NCBI GenBank assembly: GCA_034520945.1
Contig: JAXHNB010000006.1
Location: forward strand, 416,001 to 480,000
DNA: 64,000 nucleotides
Direction of reading: 5' to 3'
DNA from: Trueperaceae bacterium
GTDB taxonomy: Bacteria > Deinococcota > Deinococci > Deinococcales > Trueperaceae
Part shown: positions 48,025-59,954 of the stretch, in pieces
Layout of the letters: every line of letters starts with the position of its first letter
Position numbering within the stretch: position 1 is the first letter of the stretch
Notes under the pieces: model-generated
What the model was told of the DNA's origin: nothing
The model's input: the letters and a program-made list of their open reading frames with translations, nothing else
Databases searched by the model: none
Position numbers and translations under genes: made by a program

Positions 48025-48108
48025 TTGACGAATCCCGCATACTGCCGTATAGTAAGGACAATCAAACGAAGAAACGGATCGCGCCCGCTTCGGCGGGTGT
48101 TCTTCATG
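48025..48108 (+). ncRNA. Candidate small RNA gene, copy 2
   Basis: TTGACG-N17-TATAGT, AAGAAACG, hairpin GCGCCCGC-TTCG-GCGGGTGT, TCTTCATG. Confidence 0.5.
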
Positions 48109-48172
48109 GCTTACGATGCGTCGTTCGGGCCGATGTCGCCCTGTCGCCCGCGCCGCCCCTCGCACCGCCGCC

Positions 48173-49126
48173 TCAGCCGGCCGCCACGAACCCCGCCAGC
48201 GCCTCCCGGGTCGGCAGGCCCGGTATGGCGCCGTGCCGCGTGGTGGTCAACGCCGCGTACGCGTTGGCGCGCCGCAGCGCCTCCGTGAGGGCCTCGCGGT
48301 CCTCGTACAGGCGGGGCGCCCGCACGCACGCGGCCAGCATGGCGGCCATGAACGCGTCGCCCGCCCCGGTGGTGTCGACCGGTTCGACGCGGACGCCCGG
48401 CTCCTCGCCCTCGTCGTTCCGCGTGAACCACGCCACCCCCTCCGCCCCGCGCGTCACCATCAGCAGGCGCAGGTCGTCGTGCATCAGCTCGCGCGCCGCG
48501 GCCGGCTCGCGCGAGCCGGTCAGGAACGCCAGTTCGTCCTCGCTGACCTTGATCAGGTGCGCCCGTGGCCACGCCTCCAGGATGGCCTGGCGGGCCGAGG
48601 CGTCGTCCGGCCACAACGCCGGACGCAGGTTCGGGTCGTAGCTGATCGTGCGTCCCGCCGCGCGCGCCACCTCCACGGCGTGCAGCGTCGCCTCCCGCGA
48701 GGGGGACTGGATCAGGCTGATGCTGCCGTGGTGCAGGATGTCCGCCGAGGCGACGGCCTCGTCGTCGATCTCGCCTGGACGGTGCAGCTGGTCGGCCGAG
48801 GGGTGGCGGTAGAACATGAACTCCCGTTCCCCCTCCGCCGTCAGCGTCACGAACGCCAACGCCGTGCGCGCGGCGGTGTCGAAGCGCAGCTGGCGCACGT
48901 CGACGTCGTCGGCCCGCAGCACCTCCGCCAGCCAATGGCCGAACGGGTCGTCGCCGACCTTGCCGATGAATCCGCTGGCGACGCCGAGCCGCGACACGCC
49001 GACGGCCACGTTGGCGGGGGCGCCCCCCGCCGCCTTGATGAAGCGGTCCGCCTGCGCCAGCGTGACGCCCGAGCGGTCGGGCACGAAGTCGATCAGTAGC
49101 TCCCCGAGCGTCCACACCTGGGTCAT
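48173..49126 (-). CDS. PfkB family kinase (fructokinase-like)
   Basis: GGAPANVA, YDPNLR, DTTGAGDAF. Confidence 0.92.
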   Translation of the reverse strand: MTQVWTLGELLIDFVPDRSGVTLAQADRFIKAAGGAPANVAVGVSRLGVASGFIGKVGDDPFGHWLAEVLRADDVDVRQLRFDTAARTALAFVTLTAEGEREFMFYRHPSADQLHRPGEIDDEAVASADILHHGSISLIQSPSREATLHAVEVARAAGRTISYDPNLRPALWPDDASARQAILEAWPRAHLIKVSEDELAFLTGSREPAAARELMHDDLRLLMVTRGAEGVAWFTRNDEGEEPGVRVEPVDTTGAGDAFMAAMLAACVRAPRLYEDREALTEALRRANAYAALTTTRHGAIPGLPTREALAGFVAAG

Positions 49127-49364
49127 GCCCCACGCTACCCCAGGGCCCCGGCAGCGGGCTCCGTGTGCCGCGCGCCGTGCGTGTCCCTCCGTGCGGGGCC
49201 GCGCATCGAGCCGTGGTACAACGGCGGACGGCATGAAGGCCCCTCGGGCCGCGCCGGAGGGCGCCTGGGACGCGCCCCGCTTCGGCCTGCGGGGCCGCGA
49301 CGCGACACCGAACGGACGGGCGCTCCGCGTGCGCCCGCGAATTCGCACGAGGTAGGCGGTGGCG

Positions 49365-52148
49365 ATGCACGACACCAACGAGGCGACGGCCGTCCTGAAC
49401 GGGTCCAGCCTGGCGTTTGCCGAGGAGATGTACCTGGCGTACCTCCGCGACCCAGGCTCGGTCCCCGAATCCTGGCGGCGCTACTTCCAGCAGGTGCCCA
49501 GCAACGGCCAGACCGGGCGTGAAGCGCTGGCCCCCAGCTTTGGGCGGCGGAGCCTGTTCCGCGGCGGCGCGGCGGCCGCCGCGACCGATGCCGGCACCGC
49601 GGTGCAGCACCGCGCCGACAAGTTGATCCGCAACTACCGCGTCCGCGGCCACCGCGTGGCCGACCTCAACCCGCTGGGCAGCACCATGATCGAGGTGCCG
49701 GAACTGGACCCGGCGCACTACGGCCTCACCGACGCCGACATGGATGCGCCGGTGCTGGAGAGCAGCTTCCGCAACGCCCACACCCTGGGCGAGGTGATCG
49801 AGGGCCTGCGCGAGACGTACACCCGCTCGATCGGCGCGCAGTTCATGCACATCGACGACCTGTCGGTGCGCCGCTGGCTGCAGGAACGCATGGAGTCGGA
49901 ACGGAACCGCCGCGCCCTGTCGCGCGAGGTGCAGTTGCGGATCCTCACCAAGCTGACCGACGCCGTCATCTTCGAGGAGTTCATCCAGAAGAAGTTCATC
50001 GGCGCCAAGAGCTTCAGCCTGGAGGGCGGCGAGAGCCTGATCCCGCTGCTGGACATGGCGATCGAGAAGGCCGGCCAGCAAGGCGTCGTCGAGATCGTGT
50101 TCGGGATGGCGCACCGCGGCCGCCTGAACGTCCTCGCCAACATCCTCGGCAAGAGCCCCCGCACCATCTTCCGGGAGTTCGAGGACGTCGACCCGGAGAT
50201 GAACCGCGGGCGCGGCGACGTGAAGTACCACCTGGGCTACTCCAGCGACTGGACCACCGAGGAGGGCCGCTCGGTCCACCTCAGCCTCACCTTCAACCCC
50301 AGCCACCTGGAGTTCGTCGACCCGGTCGTTCTCGGCCGCGTGCGGGCCAAGCAGGATCGTGGCCGCGACGTGGACCGCACGCGGGTATTGCCGATCCTGA
50401 TCCACGGCGACGCCTCCTTCATCGGGGAAGGCATCGTGCAGGAGACCCTCAACATGTCCGAACTGCCGGGCTATCAGGTCGGCGGCGCGCTGCACCTGAT
50501 CGTCAACAACCAGCTCGGCTTCACGACGTCCTCTCGGCAGAGCCGCAGCACCACCTACGCCAGCGACGTGGCCAAGATGCTGCAGGCGCCGATCTTCCAC
50601 GTGAACGGCGAGGATCCCGAGGCGGTCGCGCAGGTGATCGAGCTCGGCATGGACTTCCGGCAGCGCTTCCGGCGCGACGTGGTGATCGACATGTACTGCT
50701 ACCGACGGCACGGCCACAACGAGGGCGACGAGCCGGGCTTCACGCAGCCGCAGATGTACGAGGTGATCCGGGCGCGCGAGAGCGTGCGCGAGGGCTACCT
50801 TTCGCGCCTGCAGACCCTCGGCGAGGTCGGGCGCGAGGAGGGCGACCGCATCGCCGAGAAGCGACGCGAGCACCTGGAGCAGGAGCTCTCCGTCGCCCGC
50901 AGCGACGAGTTCAAGCTGCAGTACTCCGCCGGCGAGGGCGTGTGGGCGCCGTACGCCGGCGGTCCCGACGGCGCCGTCCCGGACGAGGAGACCGGCATCG
51001 CCGAGGAGGACGCGGCGCGCCTGCTGCGCGCCCTGTTCCGGGTTCCCGAGGGCTTCACCATCAACCCCAAGATCGCGCGCGGCCTCGAGCTCCGCGAAAA
51101 GATGGCGAGGGGCGAGCGGCCGCTGGACTGGTCGGCCGGAGAGGCGCTGGCGTTCGCCAGCCTGGTGGACGAGGGCGTGCGGCTGCGCATGAGCGGGCAG
51201 GACACCGAGCGGGGCACCTTCTCGCACCGCCACGCCGTGTTGCACGACCCGGAGACCGGCGAAACGTTCATGCCGCTGGCCAACCTGAGCGAGGCGCAGG
51301 GACCGGTCGAGATCCACAACAGCCCGCTGTCCGAAGCGGGCGTGCTGGGGTTCGAGTACGGCTACAGCCTCGACATGCCGGAGGGCCTGGTGGCGTGGGA
51401 GGCGCAGTTCGGCGACTTCGCCAACGCCGCGCAGGTGATCATCGACCAGTTCATCGCCAGCGGCGAGGACAAGTGGCGACGCCTCAGCGGACTGGTGATG
51501 CTGCTGCCCCACGGCTTCGAGGGGCAAGGACCGGAGCACTCCTCCGCGCGGCTGGAGCGGTTCCTGCAGTTGTGCGCCGAGGACAACATGCAGGTCGTCA
51601 ACCCCACCACGCCGGCGCAGATGTTCCACCTGCTGCGGCGGCAGGTGCATCGGACCTGGCGCAAGCCGCTGGTGATCATGACGCCCAAGAGCCTGCTGCG
51701 CGCCAAGGAGGCCGTCTCGGCGTTGTCGGACTTCACCTCCGGCCGCTTCCAGCGGGTGTTGCCCGACACGGTGGACCCAGGGTCGGTGACGCGGATCCTG
51801 CTGGCCAGCGGCAAGGTGTACTACGACCTGGCCGCCGAACGGACGGAACGCGGCCGGGACGACGTCGCCATCGTGCGGATGGAGCAGTTGTACCCCCGCC
51901 CCGACGAGCTGCTGGCGCAGGCGCTGACGCCCTACCCCGAAGGCGCGCCGTTGCTGTGGGTCCAGGAGGAGCCCGAGAACATGGGCGCCTGGCGTACCCT
52001 GCGGGTCGCGTGGGGCGCCGAGGCGTTCGGGCGGCGCTTCACGGGCGTGACCCGGCCCGCGTCGGCGAGCCCCGCGACCGGTTCGCGCAGCAGTCACGAG
52101 TTGGAGCAGAAGGAACTATTGCGCGACGCCTTCGAACGCGAGGCGTGA
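49365..52148 (+). CDS. sucA: 2-oxoglutarate dehydrogenase E1
   Basis: [31 protein letters not shown]. Confidence 0.97.
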   Translation: MHDTNEATAVLNGSSLAFAEEMYLAYLRDPGSVPESWRRYFQQVPSNGQTGREALAPSFGRRSLFRGGAAAAATDAGTAVQHRADKLIRNYRVRGHRVADLNPLGSTMIEVPELDPAHYGLTDADMDAPVLESSFRNAHTLGEVIEGLRETYTRSIGAQFMHIDDLSVRRWLQERMESERNRRALSREVQLRILTKLTDAVIFEEFIQKKFIGAKSFSLEGGESLIPLLDMAIEKAGQQGVVEIVFGMAHRGRLNVLANILGKSPRTIFREFEDVDPEMNRGRGDVKYHLGYSSDWTTEEGRSVHLSLTFNPSHLEFVDPVVLGRVRAKQDRGRDVDRTRVLPILIHGDASFIGEGIVQETLNMSELPGYQVGGALHLIVNNQLGFTTSSRQSRSTTYASDVAKMLQAPIFHVNGEDPEAVAQVIELGMDFRQRFRRDVVIDMYCYRRHGHNEGDEPGFTQPQMYEVIRARESVREGYLSRLQTLGEVGREEGDRIAEKRREHLEQELSVARSDEFKLQYSAGEGVWAPYAGGPDGAVPDEETGIAEEDAARLLRALFRVPEGFTINPKIARGLELREKMARGERPLDWSAGEALAFASLVDEGVRLRMSGQDTERGTFSHRHAVLHDPETGETFMPLANLSEAQGPVEIHNSPLSEAGVLGFEYGYSLDMPEGLVAWEAQFGDFANAAQVIIDQFIASGEDKWRRLSGLVMLLPHGFEGQGPEHSSARLERFLQLCAEDNMQVVNPTTPAQMFHLLRRQVHRTWRKPLVIMTPKSLLRAKEAVSALSDFTSGRFQRVLPDTVDPGSVTRILLASGKVYYDLAAERTERGRDDVAIVRMEQLYPRPDELLAQALTPYPEGAPLLWVQEEPENMGAWRTLRVAWGAEAFGRRFTGVTRPASASPATGSRSSHELEQKELLRDAFEREA

Positions 52149-52212
52149 GGCGCGTGGAGCCGACATCGCGGAACGGGCGCCGACGTCGTCGCGCGGCCCG
52201 GGAGGAGTAGGT

Positions 52213-53517
52213 ATGGCCGACGTCAAGGTGCCCTCGGTGGGCGAATCGATCAGCGAAGTGTTCATCGGAAGCTGGCTCAAGAAGCCCGGCGAACGCGTCG
52301 AACGGGACGAAGCGTTGGTCGAGGTCGAGACCGACAAGGCGTCCCTCGAGGTGCCCGCGCCCGAATCGGGCGTGCTGGCGGAGATCCTCAAAAAGGAGGG
52401 CGACGAGGCCGAGGTGGGCGAGGTGATCGCTCGCATCACGGCGGGCGAAGGCGCCGCCGCCTCCGGCGCCGACGAGGCCACGGACGAGGCCACCGCCGAG
52501 GAGACGGCCGACGACGAGGCGCCGGAGGCCGAACAGGCCCAGCCGTCCGGCTCCGCTGCGCAGGAAGGGGAGGCGCCCTCCGCCCCGGCCACCAGCGGCG
52601 ACGGCGAGGCCGACGGTGGCGTCATGCCGGCCGCCCAGCGCATGTTGGACGAGCACGACGTCGACGCCGGCGACGTCCGCACCTCGGGCCCCGGGGGGCG
52701 TTTGTTGAAGGAGGACGTGCAGCGGCACCTGGACGAAGCCGACGCGGAGGCGGAGCCTGTGCAAGCCGAGCAGGCGCAGGCGTCCCCGCAGGCCCCGCCC
52801 CCCACCAGCGCCGGCACGCGCCACGAAGAGACCGTCAAGATGAGCCCGCTGCGGCGCACCATCGCCCGGCGCCTGGTGGAGGCGCAACGCTCCGCGGCCC
52901 TGCTGACCACCTTCAACGAGGTCGACATGCAGCAGGTCATGGCGTTGCGCAACGCGCACAAGGAGGCGTTCGAGAAGCGCTACGGGGTGCGGCTGGGCTT
53001 CATGAGCTTCTTCGTGAAGGCGTCGATCGACGCCCTGAAGACCATCCCCAGACTGAACGCCGAGATCCGAGATCAGAGCGTGGTGTTCAAGGACTACTAC
53101 GACATCGCGGTGGCCGTGTCGACCGAGCGGGGCCTGGTCACGCCGGTGATCCGCAACGCCGAAGCGCTGAGCTTCGCGGAGATCGAGACCACCATCGGCG
53201 ACTTCGGGCGGCGCGCGCAGGACGCCTCCCTCACGCCGGAGGAGTTGCAGGGCGGGACCTTCACCATCAGCAACGGCGGCGTGTTCGGCAGCCTGTTGTC
53301 CACCCCGATCGTGAACCCGCCCCAATCCGGCGTGCTGGGCATGCACACCATTCAGGAACGCCCGGTCGCGATTCAAGGACGCGTGGAGATCCGCCCCATG
53401 ATGTACCTGGCGCTCACCTACGACCACCGCATCGTCGACGGACGCGAGGCGGTCACCTTCCTGAAACGCATCAAGGACGCCATCGAGCAACCCGCGCGGA
53501 TGCTCGTCGAGATTTGA
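52213..53517 (+). CDS. sucB: Dihydrolipoamide succinyltransferase E2
   Basis: ETDKA lipoyl motif, YDHRIVDG. Confidence 0.96.
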   Translation: MADVKVPSVGESISEVFIGSWLKKPGERVERDEALVEVETDKASLEVPAPESGVLAEILKKEGDEAEVGEVIARITAGEGAAASGADEATDEATAEETADDEAPEAEQAQPSGSAAQEGEAPSAPATSGDGEADGGVMPAAQRMLDEHDVDAGDVRTSGPGGRLLKEDVQRHLDEADAEAEPVQAEQAQASPQAPPPTSAGTRHEETVKMSPLRRTIARRLVEAQRSAALLTTFNEVDMQQVMALRNAHKEAFEKRYGVRLGFMSFFVKASIDALKTIPRLNAEIRDQSVVFKDYYDIAVAVSTERGLVTPVIRNAEALSFAEIETTIGDFGRRAQDASLTPEELQGGTFTISNGGVFGSLLSTPIVNPPQSGVLGMHTIQERPVAIQGRVEIRPMMYLALTYDHRIVDGREAVTFLKRIKDAIEQPARMLVEI

Positions 53518-53530
53518 GGAGGCGACGCCC

Positions 53531-54929
53531 ATGCCACGACACGATCTGCTGATCATCGGGGCCGGCCCCGGCGGGTACGTTGCGGCGATCCGCGGCGCGC
53601 AACTGGGCCTGAACGTCGGGCTGGTCGAGAAGGAGCCCACCCTGGGCGGGACCTGCCTGCGGGTCGGCTGCATCCCCAGCAAGGCCCTGCTGGAGTCCAG
53701 CGAGCGCTACGCCGAAGCCCAGCACGACCTCGAGGCGCACGGCATCACGGTCTCGGACGTCACGCTGGACCTCGCCACCATGATGAAGCGCAAGGACGCC
53801 GTGGTGAAGGCGAACACCGACGGCGTCGCCTACCTGATGAAGAAGAACCGGATTGCCCGCTACACCGGGACCGCCGAGATCACCGCACCCGGCACGGTGG
53901 TCGTGCACGCAGACGACGGCGACAGCGAGGCGACGGCAGAACACGTGGTGATCGCCACCGGCTCCCGGGTGTCGACCCTGCCCGGCGTCGACATCGACGG
54001 GGACGCCGTGGTCGACTCGACGGGCGCGCTGTCGTTCGCCGAGGTGCCCCGCCGCTTGGCGGTGATCGGGGCGGGCTTCATCGGCCTGGAGCTCGGCTCG
54101 GTGTGGGCCCGCCTCGGCAGCGAGGTCACCGTCCTCGAGTACATGGACCGCATCCTGCCGGGGATGGACGCCGAACTCGCCCGCGACGCCCACAAGGCGT
54201 TCGAAAAGCAGGGCTTGACCTTCCAGCTTGGGCGCGAAGGTGACCGGCACCGAGGTGCGCGGCAAGGGCAAGAAGCGCACCGTGCGGGTGCACGCCGAAG
54301 GCCAGGACCCCCTCGAGGCCGACACCGTCCTGATGGCGGTCGGCCGCCGTCCCAACGTGGAGGGACTGGGCCTGGACGCGGTCGGGGTCGACACGGACGA
54401 GGCCGGCCGCGTCCGCGTCGACGGCGCGTACCGCACCAGCGTGGACGGCATCTACGCCATCGGCGACGTGATCCAAGGCCCCATGCTGGCCCACAAGGCG
54501 ATGGAGGACGGCGTGGCGGTGGTCGAGCGGATCGTCCGCGGCTTCGGGCACGTCGACTACGACCTGGTGCCCGGCATCGTGTACACCGAGCCCGAAATCG
54601 CGACGGTGGGCGCGTCGGAAGACGACCTGAAGGACGAGGACATCCCCTACCGCAAGGGCGTGTTCCCGTACCAGGCCAACGGGCGCGCGCGCGCCATGGG
54701 CCGCACGGACGGCAAGGTCAAGATCCTGGCGCACGCGGTGACCGACCGCATCCTGGGCGTGCACATCATCGGTGCCCGCGCCGGCGACCTCATCGCGGAG
54801 GCGGTGACCGCCATGACCTTCCACGCCAGCGCCGAGGATCTCGCCCGCACCGTGCACGCCCACCCGACGCTGTCCGAAGTGGTCAAGGAGGCCGCCCTGG
54901 ACGTCGAGGATGCCGCCCTGCACATGTAG
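53531..54929 (+). CDS. lpdA: Dihydrolipoamide dehydrogenase, with an apparent 1-nt frameshift near 54230
   Basis: GGTCLRVGCIPSK in the first frame; MLAHKA and HAHPTLSE in the second. Confidence 0.93.
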
Positions 54930-55028
54930 GGCGGCCGCCGCGGCGTGTAGCGCGTGAAGCCTCTTGTGAACTCGGTCACTGGCACCCTGTGCAACGGAAT
55001 GGGAGGGGTTCCCCATGAAAGGAGCACC

Positions 55029-55577
55029 ATGACCACGGTTTCTCACGCAAGCAAGCACCTTCGCTTCGTCGCGGCGCTCGCCGCGATCGTCACGGTCGTC
55101 GCCGCGCTGGGCCTGGGCGCGGCCGTCGCGCAGGACGGCGAGGTCGTCGAAGTCGAGATGACTGCCAGCGACGGCGTCTACTACTTCGATCCCGTCGGCC
55201 TGCACGTCGAGCCGGGCACCACCATCCGCTTCGTCAACGTCCGCGACGTGCACAACACCCTCAGCTACAGCGAGGACAACGGCAAGCCGCAGCGGATCCC
55301 CGACGGGGCGGACGGTTGGGCCTCCCCGATGTTCACCGAGGAGGGCGGCACCTTCGAGGTGACCTTGAGCGAAGAGGGCGTGTACGACTACTTCTGCCAG
55401 CCGCACGAGGCGCTGGGCATGGTCGGCCGGATCGTGGTCGGCGATCCCGAAGCGTTCCCGGCCCGTGATCCGGGCGAGCTGCAGTTCGACGCCGCCGCCG
55501 ATGCGCTTCCCTCCGTCGACGCCATCATGGCCGACGAGGACGGTCGCTTGACCTTCGAGGAAGCGAACGCCGACTGA
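55029..55577 (+). CDS. Secreted blue copper (plastocyanin/halocyanin-like) protein
   Basis: Signal peptide; HN...CQPHEALGM ligands. Confidence 0.85.
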   Translation: MTTVSHASKHLRFVAALAAIVTVVAALGLGAAVAQDGEVVEVEMTASDGVYYFDPVGLHVEPGTTIRFVNVRDVHNTLSYSEDNGKPQRIPDGADGWASPMFTEEGGTFEVTLSEEGVYDYFCQPHEALGMVGRIVVGDPEAFPARDPGELQFDAAADALPSVDAIMADEDGRLTFEEANAD

Positions 55578-55674
55578 GCCCGGTGCGGGCCACCGGCCCG
55601 CGCACCGGGCGGCCCCGAGCAGCGAGGCCCCGCGCGACCGTCGCGTCGGGGCCTCCCTGCTATCTTGGGCGGCA

Positions 55675-56823
55675 ATGAGCGTCGCCAGCGTAGCCGACTT
55701 CCAGATCCGCGATCCCGCCCTCGAGCCCGTTGCCGACAAGGTCATGTCGGGGGTCCGCCTCACCTTCGAGGATGGCATGATCCTCTACCGCACGCCGGAC
55801 CTTCCGGCCCTGGCGGCGCTGGCCGACCAGGTGCGCCGCCGCACGGTGGGGGACAAGGCCTACTACGTCCACAGCCTGCGCCTGTCGCAGACCAACGTCT
55901 GCTACGTCGGCTGCACCTTCTGCGGCTTCCAACGCAAGATCGGCGAGGAAGGCGTCTGGGACATGGACCTCAGCGACGTGTGGGCGTACGTCGAGGAGCA
56001 CGGCCATCCCGACCTGACCGAGATCCACATCAGTTCCGGCCACCACCCCAAGCGCGGCTGGGACTACTACCTCGACCTGACGCGCGGCTTGACCGAGCGG
56101 GGCTACCAGGTCAAGGCCTGGACCGCGGCCGAGATCCACCACTTCGCGCGCATCGCGCGGCCCAAAGGCACCACCGCGCCCGTCCCCTACCGCGAGGTGC
56201 TGCGCGAACTGCAGGACGCCGGTCTGGTCGCCCTCCCCGGTGGCGGCGCCGAGATCTTCGCGGAACGGGTCCGCCGGCGCATCGCCGCCGCCAAGGTCGA
56301 CGCCGACGGTTGGCTCGAGATCCACCGGGCCGCGCACGAACTCGGCATCCCCACCAACGCCACCATGCTGTACGGCCACATCGAGACGCTCGAGGAGCGC
56401 TTGGACCACATGATGCGCCTCCGCACCCTGCAGGACGAGGCGCCCGGGTTCATGAGCTTCGTGCCGCTGGCGTTCCAGCCGGACAACAACCAGCTGGCCC
56501 GCGAACTCGACAAGACCGAGTTCACCACCGGCGTCGACGACCTCCGCAACCTCGCGGTGGCACGGTTGGTGCTGGACAACGTGCCCCACATCAAGGGGTA
56601 CTGGATCATGATCACGCCCGAGCTGGTGCAGGTCACCCTCTCCGCCGGCGTGAGCGACGTGGACGGCACCATCAAGGACGAACGCATCGCGCACGCCTCC
56701 GGCGCGCGCACCGAGAAGGGCATGACCGAAGCCGAGCTGATCCGGCTGATCCAGGACGCCGGCCGGGTGCCGGTCAAGCGCGACGCGCTGTACGCCGAGC
56801 TCGAGGTGCACCCCCGCGCATGA
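55675..56823 (+). CDS. mqnE: Aminofutalosine synthase (radical SAM)
   Basis: TNVCYVGCTFCGF, PGGGAEIF, ATMLYGHIE, HIKGYW; coupled to mqnA. Confidence 0.9.
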   Translation: MSVASVADFQIRDPALEPVADKVMSGVRLTFEDGMILYRTPDLPALAALADQVRRRTVGDKAYYVHSLRLSQTNVCYVGCTFCGFQRKIGEEGVWDMDLSDVWAYVEEHGHPDLTEIHISSGHHPKRGWDYYLDLTRGLTERGYQVKAWTAAEIHHFARIARPKGTTAPVPYREVLRELQDAGLVALPGGGAEIFAERVRRRIAAAKVDADGWLEIHRAAHELGIPTNATMLYGHIETLEERLDHMMRLRTLQDEAPGFMSFVPLAFQPDNNQLARELDKTEFTTGVDDLRNLAVARLVLDNVPHIKGYWIMITPELVQVTLSAGVSDVDGTIKDERIAHASGARTEKGMTEAELIRLIQDAGRVPVKRDALYAELEVHPRA

Positions 56824-57707
56824 CCGGCGATCCGAACCCCGCGCCCGGCGACGGCGCGCGCCCGGCCCCGCAGGGCGCCCAGGCCGGCCCGCGCGAAGAG
56901 CGCCTCGGCATCGTGTCGTTCACCAACGTGGCGCCCCTCCACCACGGGCTCGAGCCGTGGGACGAGGACGGGCACCGCGCCCGCTTCGTCCGTGGCGTCC
57001 CCAGCGAGCTGAACCGCCTGCTGCTGGAGGGCGAGATCGACCTCACCCTGATCTCGTCGATCGAGTTCCTGCGCCACGCGGACCGACTGCGCGCCCTCCC
57101 GGACTTCTCCATCGCCACCCTCGGCCCGGCCTACAGCGTGACGCTGTTCCACTGGCGACCGTGGGCGGAGCTGCAGGGCGCCCGCATCGCCGTCAGCACC
57201 GACTCCGCCACCAGCGTCCGCCTGCTGGAGGTCCTGCTGGAACGCGACGGCATGCGGGCCGAGATGGTGCCCACGCCGCCCGACCTGCCGCACATGATGC
57301 GCAGCTACGACGCCGCGCTGCTGATCGGCGACGCGGCGTTGCGCGAAGGGGTGGCCCGCCGCCGCATCGGCGGCCGTGCCCCAGGCATGACCGACCTGGG
57401 CGAGGCGTGGTACGCCCGCACCCGCCTGCCGTTCACGTTCGCGGTGTGGGCCTCGCCGGCCGACCGGCCCCCCTCGGCGCGGATGGTCGCCAAGCTGCGC
57501 GCCGCCCGCGAGCACGGCTTGGGGCACCTCGAGGAGGTGGCCGCCGCAGCCGCGGACCGCATCGGCGTGAGCCCCTCGGTGATGCTGCGCTACCTGGCGA
57601 ACTTCCGCTACCACCTGCTGCCGCCGGACCGCGACGGCCTGGCCGCCTTCGGCCAGTGGGCCATTCCAGGGTTCCGCCCCGAACGGTTGCGGTACTTCGC
57701 CAGGTAG
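56820..57707 (+). CDS. mqnA: Chorismate dehydratase
   Basis: FTNVAPL, SATS..L, LLIGDAAL, DLGEAW...LPFTFAVW. Confidence 0.9.
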   Translation: MTGDPNPAPGDGARPAPQGAQAGPREERLGIVSFTNVAPLHHGLEPWDEDGHRARFVRGVPSELNRLLLEGEIDLTLISSIEFLRHADRLRALPDFSIATLGPAYSVTLFHWRPWAELQGARIAVSTDSATSVRLLEVLLERDGMRAEMVPTPPDLPHMMRSYDAALLIGDAALREGVARRRIGGRAPGMTDLGEAWYARTRLPFTFAVWASPADRPPSARMVAKLRAAREHGLGHLEEVAAAAADRIGVSPSVMLRYLANFRYHLLPPDRDGLAAFGQWAIPGFRPERLRYFAR

Positions 57708-57758
57708 ACCCGTCACGGCCGGGACGGCCCACCACGCGTTAGACTCCGCTGGGTCGAC

Positions 57759-59906
57759 ATGAGCCACGACACGATGGAACGCCCTTCTCTGCCTACCACC
57801 TCACGACTCCTGCCCGGACGCCCTCATCCGCTGGGGGCGAGCTTCGACGGTCAGGGCGTGAACTTCGTGTTGGCCTCCGAACGGGCGGAGGGGGTGGAGC
57901 TGTTGCTGTACGCCGACCCCGAGGACGCCGAACCGTCGGCGGTCCTGCCGCTGCGTGAGCGGACCGGCCCCGTGTGGCACGGCTACCTGCCGGGCGCCCG
58001 CCCCGGCACGTTGTACGCCTACCGTGTTCACGGCCCGTGGGACCCCGCCCGCGGGCTTCGCTTCGACCCCGCCAAGGTGTTGTTGGACCCCTACGCCCGC
58101 GCGTTGGGGCGGACGCTCCGCTGGCACGAGAACTTCCTGCCCCGCGACCCCTACGGGCCCGAGCCCGACGGTCGCTCCACCGCCGCGTGGGCGCCGCTCG
58201 GGGTGGTGACCCACGACCGCTTCGATTGGGGCGACGACGCGCGCCCCGACGTGCCGTGGACCGAGACGGTGATCTACGAGACGCACGTGCGCGGCCTCAC
58301 CATGCTGCACCCGGACGTTCCCCCGGAGCTACGGGGGACCTACCTGGGCCTGGCCAGCGAACCGGTGACCCAGCACCTGCGCGCGCTGGGGGTCACCACC
58401 GTCTCGCTCCTCCCGGTGCACGCCTTCACCACCGAGCCGCACCTGCAGGACAAGGGCCTGACGAACTACTGGGGTTACAACTCGCTGTCCTACTTCGCGC
58501 CGGAGCCCCGCTACGCCGCCGGCGATCCGACCGAGGCGGTGAACGAATTCAAGCGCATGGTGCGGGCGTTGCACCGCGCCGGCCTCGAGGTCCTGATCGA
58601 CGTGGTGTACAACCACACCGCCGAAGGGGGGCCGGACGGCCCCACGCTGTCGTGGCGCGGCATCGACGACCTCGGCTACTACAAGCACGCCCAGGGCGAC
58701 CCCGGCCGGTACATGGACTACGCCGGGACCGGCAACACGCTGGACGTCGGCGACCCGCACGCGCTGCGGATGGTGACCGACAGCCTGCGGACGTGGGCGC
58801 AGGAGATGCGCGTGGACGGCTTCCGCTTCGATCTGGCGCCGGTGTTGTCGCGCGCGTCGCACGAGGTGGACATGGGTTCCACCTTCTTCGACGTCGTGCA
58901 GCAGGACCCCGTCCTGAGCGGCCTCAAGCTGATCGCCGAACCGTGGGACATCGGGCCGAACGGCTACCAGGTCGGCAACTTCCCCTGGCACTGGGCGGAA
59001 TGGAACGGCCGCTACCGGGACGCGGTGCGGGCGTACTGGCGCGGCGAGGGCGCCCTGGTCGGCGAGCTCGCCACGCGCGTGGCCGGCAGCTCCGACCTGT
59101 TCGACGCCCGGGGGCGCCGGCCGCACGCCTCGATCAACTTCGTCACCGCGCACGACGGCATGACGATGCACGACCTGGTGTCGTACGCACGCAAGCACAA
59201 CGAAGCCAACGGCGAGAACAACCGCGACGGACACCAACCGCCCCTGTCGCAGAACTTCGGCGTGGAGGGCCCCAGCAGCGACGCGCGCGTGCGGGCGCGC
59301 CGGATGCGCGCCAAGCGAAGCCTGATGGGCACGCTGCTGACGTCGCAGGGCGTTCCCATGCTGCTGGGCGGCGACGAGCTGTCCCGCACCCAGCAGGGGA
59401 ACAACAACGCCTACTGCCAGGACAACGAGCTCAGCTGGTACCACTGGGAGCTCGACGACGACGGCCGCGCGTTCCTCGACTTCGTGCGCCGCATGATTGC
59501 GTTCCGGCGGTCCCATCCCGTGCTGCACCAGCGGGACTTCCTGACCGGCGAAGCTGGACGCGCACGGACGCAAGGACGTCTCCTGGTGGAGCGCCACCGG
59601 CAAGGAGATGACCAAGGCCACCTGGCGTCAAACGGCGCGCACCTCGCTCGGCATGATGTTGTGCGCGTGCGCGCGCCGCGGGACGTGGACCCTTCGGAGC
59701 CGGCGGAGCAGACGGTGCTGGTGGTGTTCCACGGGCGCCGGCCGTCGTGGTTCACGTTGCCCGCCCCGCCGGCGGGCGTGGCGGGGTGGCGGTTGGCGTT
59801 CGGCCCGAACGGCGAAGCGCCCGGCCGGAGCTACGACCCCGGGGAGAAGCTGCGCGGCGTCGTGGACGGCCTCACGGTGTTGACGGGCGTGCCCGACGAC
59901 GGCTGA
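57759..59906 (+). CDS. glgX: Glycogen debranching enzyme
   Basis: [39 protein letters not shown]. Confidence 0.93.
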   Translation: MSHDTMERPSLPTTSRLLPGRPHPLGASFDGQGVNFVLASERAEGVELLLYADPEDAEPSAVLPLRERTGPVWHGYLPGARPGTLYAYRVHGPWDPARGLRFDPAKVLLDPYARALGRTLRWHENFLPRDPYGPEPDGRSTAAWAPLGVVTHDRFDWGDDARPDVPWTETVIYETHVRGLTMLHPDVPPELRGTYLGLASEPVTQHLRALGVTTVSLLPVHAFTTEPHLQDKGLTNYWGYNSLSYFAPEPRYAAGDPTEAVNEFKRMVRALHRAGLEVLIDVVYNHTAEGGPDGPTLSWRGIDDLGYYKHAQGDPGRYMDYAGTGNTLDVGDPHALRMVTDSLRTWAQEMRVDGFRFDLAPVLSRASHEVDMGSTFFDVVQQDPVLSGLKLIAEPWDIGPNGYQVGNFPWHWAEWNGRYRDAVRAYWRGEGALVGELATRVAGSSDLFDARGRRPHASINFVTAHDGMTMHDLVSYARKHNEANGENNRDGHQPPLSQNFGVEGPSSDARVRARRMRAKRSLMGTLLTSQGVPMLLGGDELSRTQQGNNNAYCQDNELSWYHWELDDDGRAFLDFVRRMIAFRRSHPVLHQRDFLTGEAGRARTQGRLLVERHRQGDDQGHLASNGAHLARHDVVRVRAPRDVDPSEPAEQTVLVVFHGRRPSWFTLPAPPAGVAGWRLAFGPNGEAPGRSYDPGEKLRGVVDGLTVLTGVPDDG

Positions 59907-59954
59907 GAAAGCCTTCGCGGGGCCCGCTCCCCCCGGCCCTGCACGGCCGGTCGC

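Noticed and set aside
48111..52097. 1328-aa minus-strand ORF and similar long antisense ORFs (e.g. 33944-36466, 26010-27836)
   Set aside because: High-GC shadow frames of sucA, FAR-AT and the hydrolase
53531..54929. lpdA as true pseudogene or programmed frameshift
   Set aside because: Both halves are fully conserved within sucAB-lpdA and there is no slippery motif; a sequencing indel is more likely
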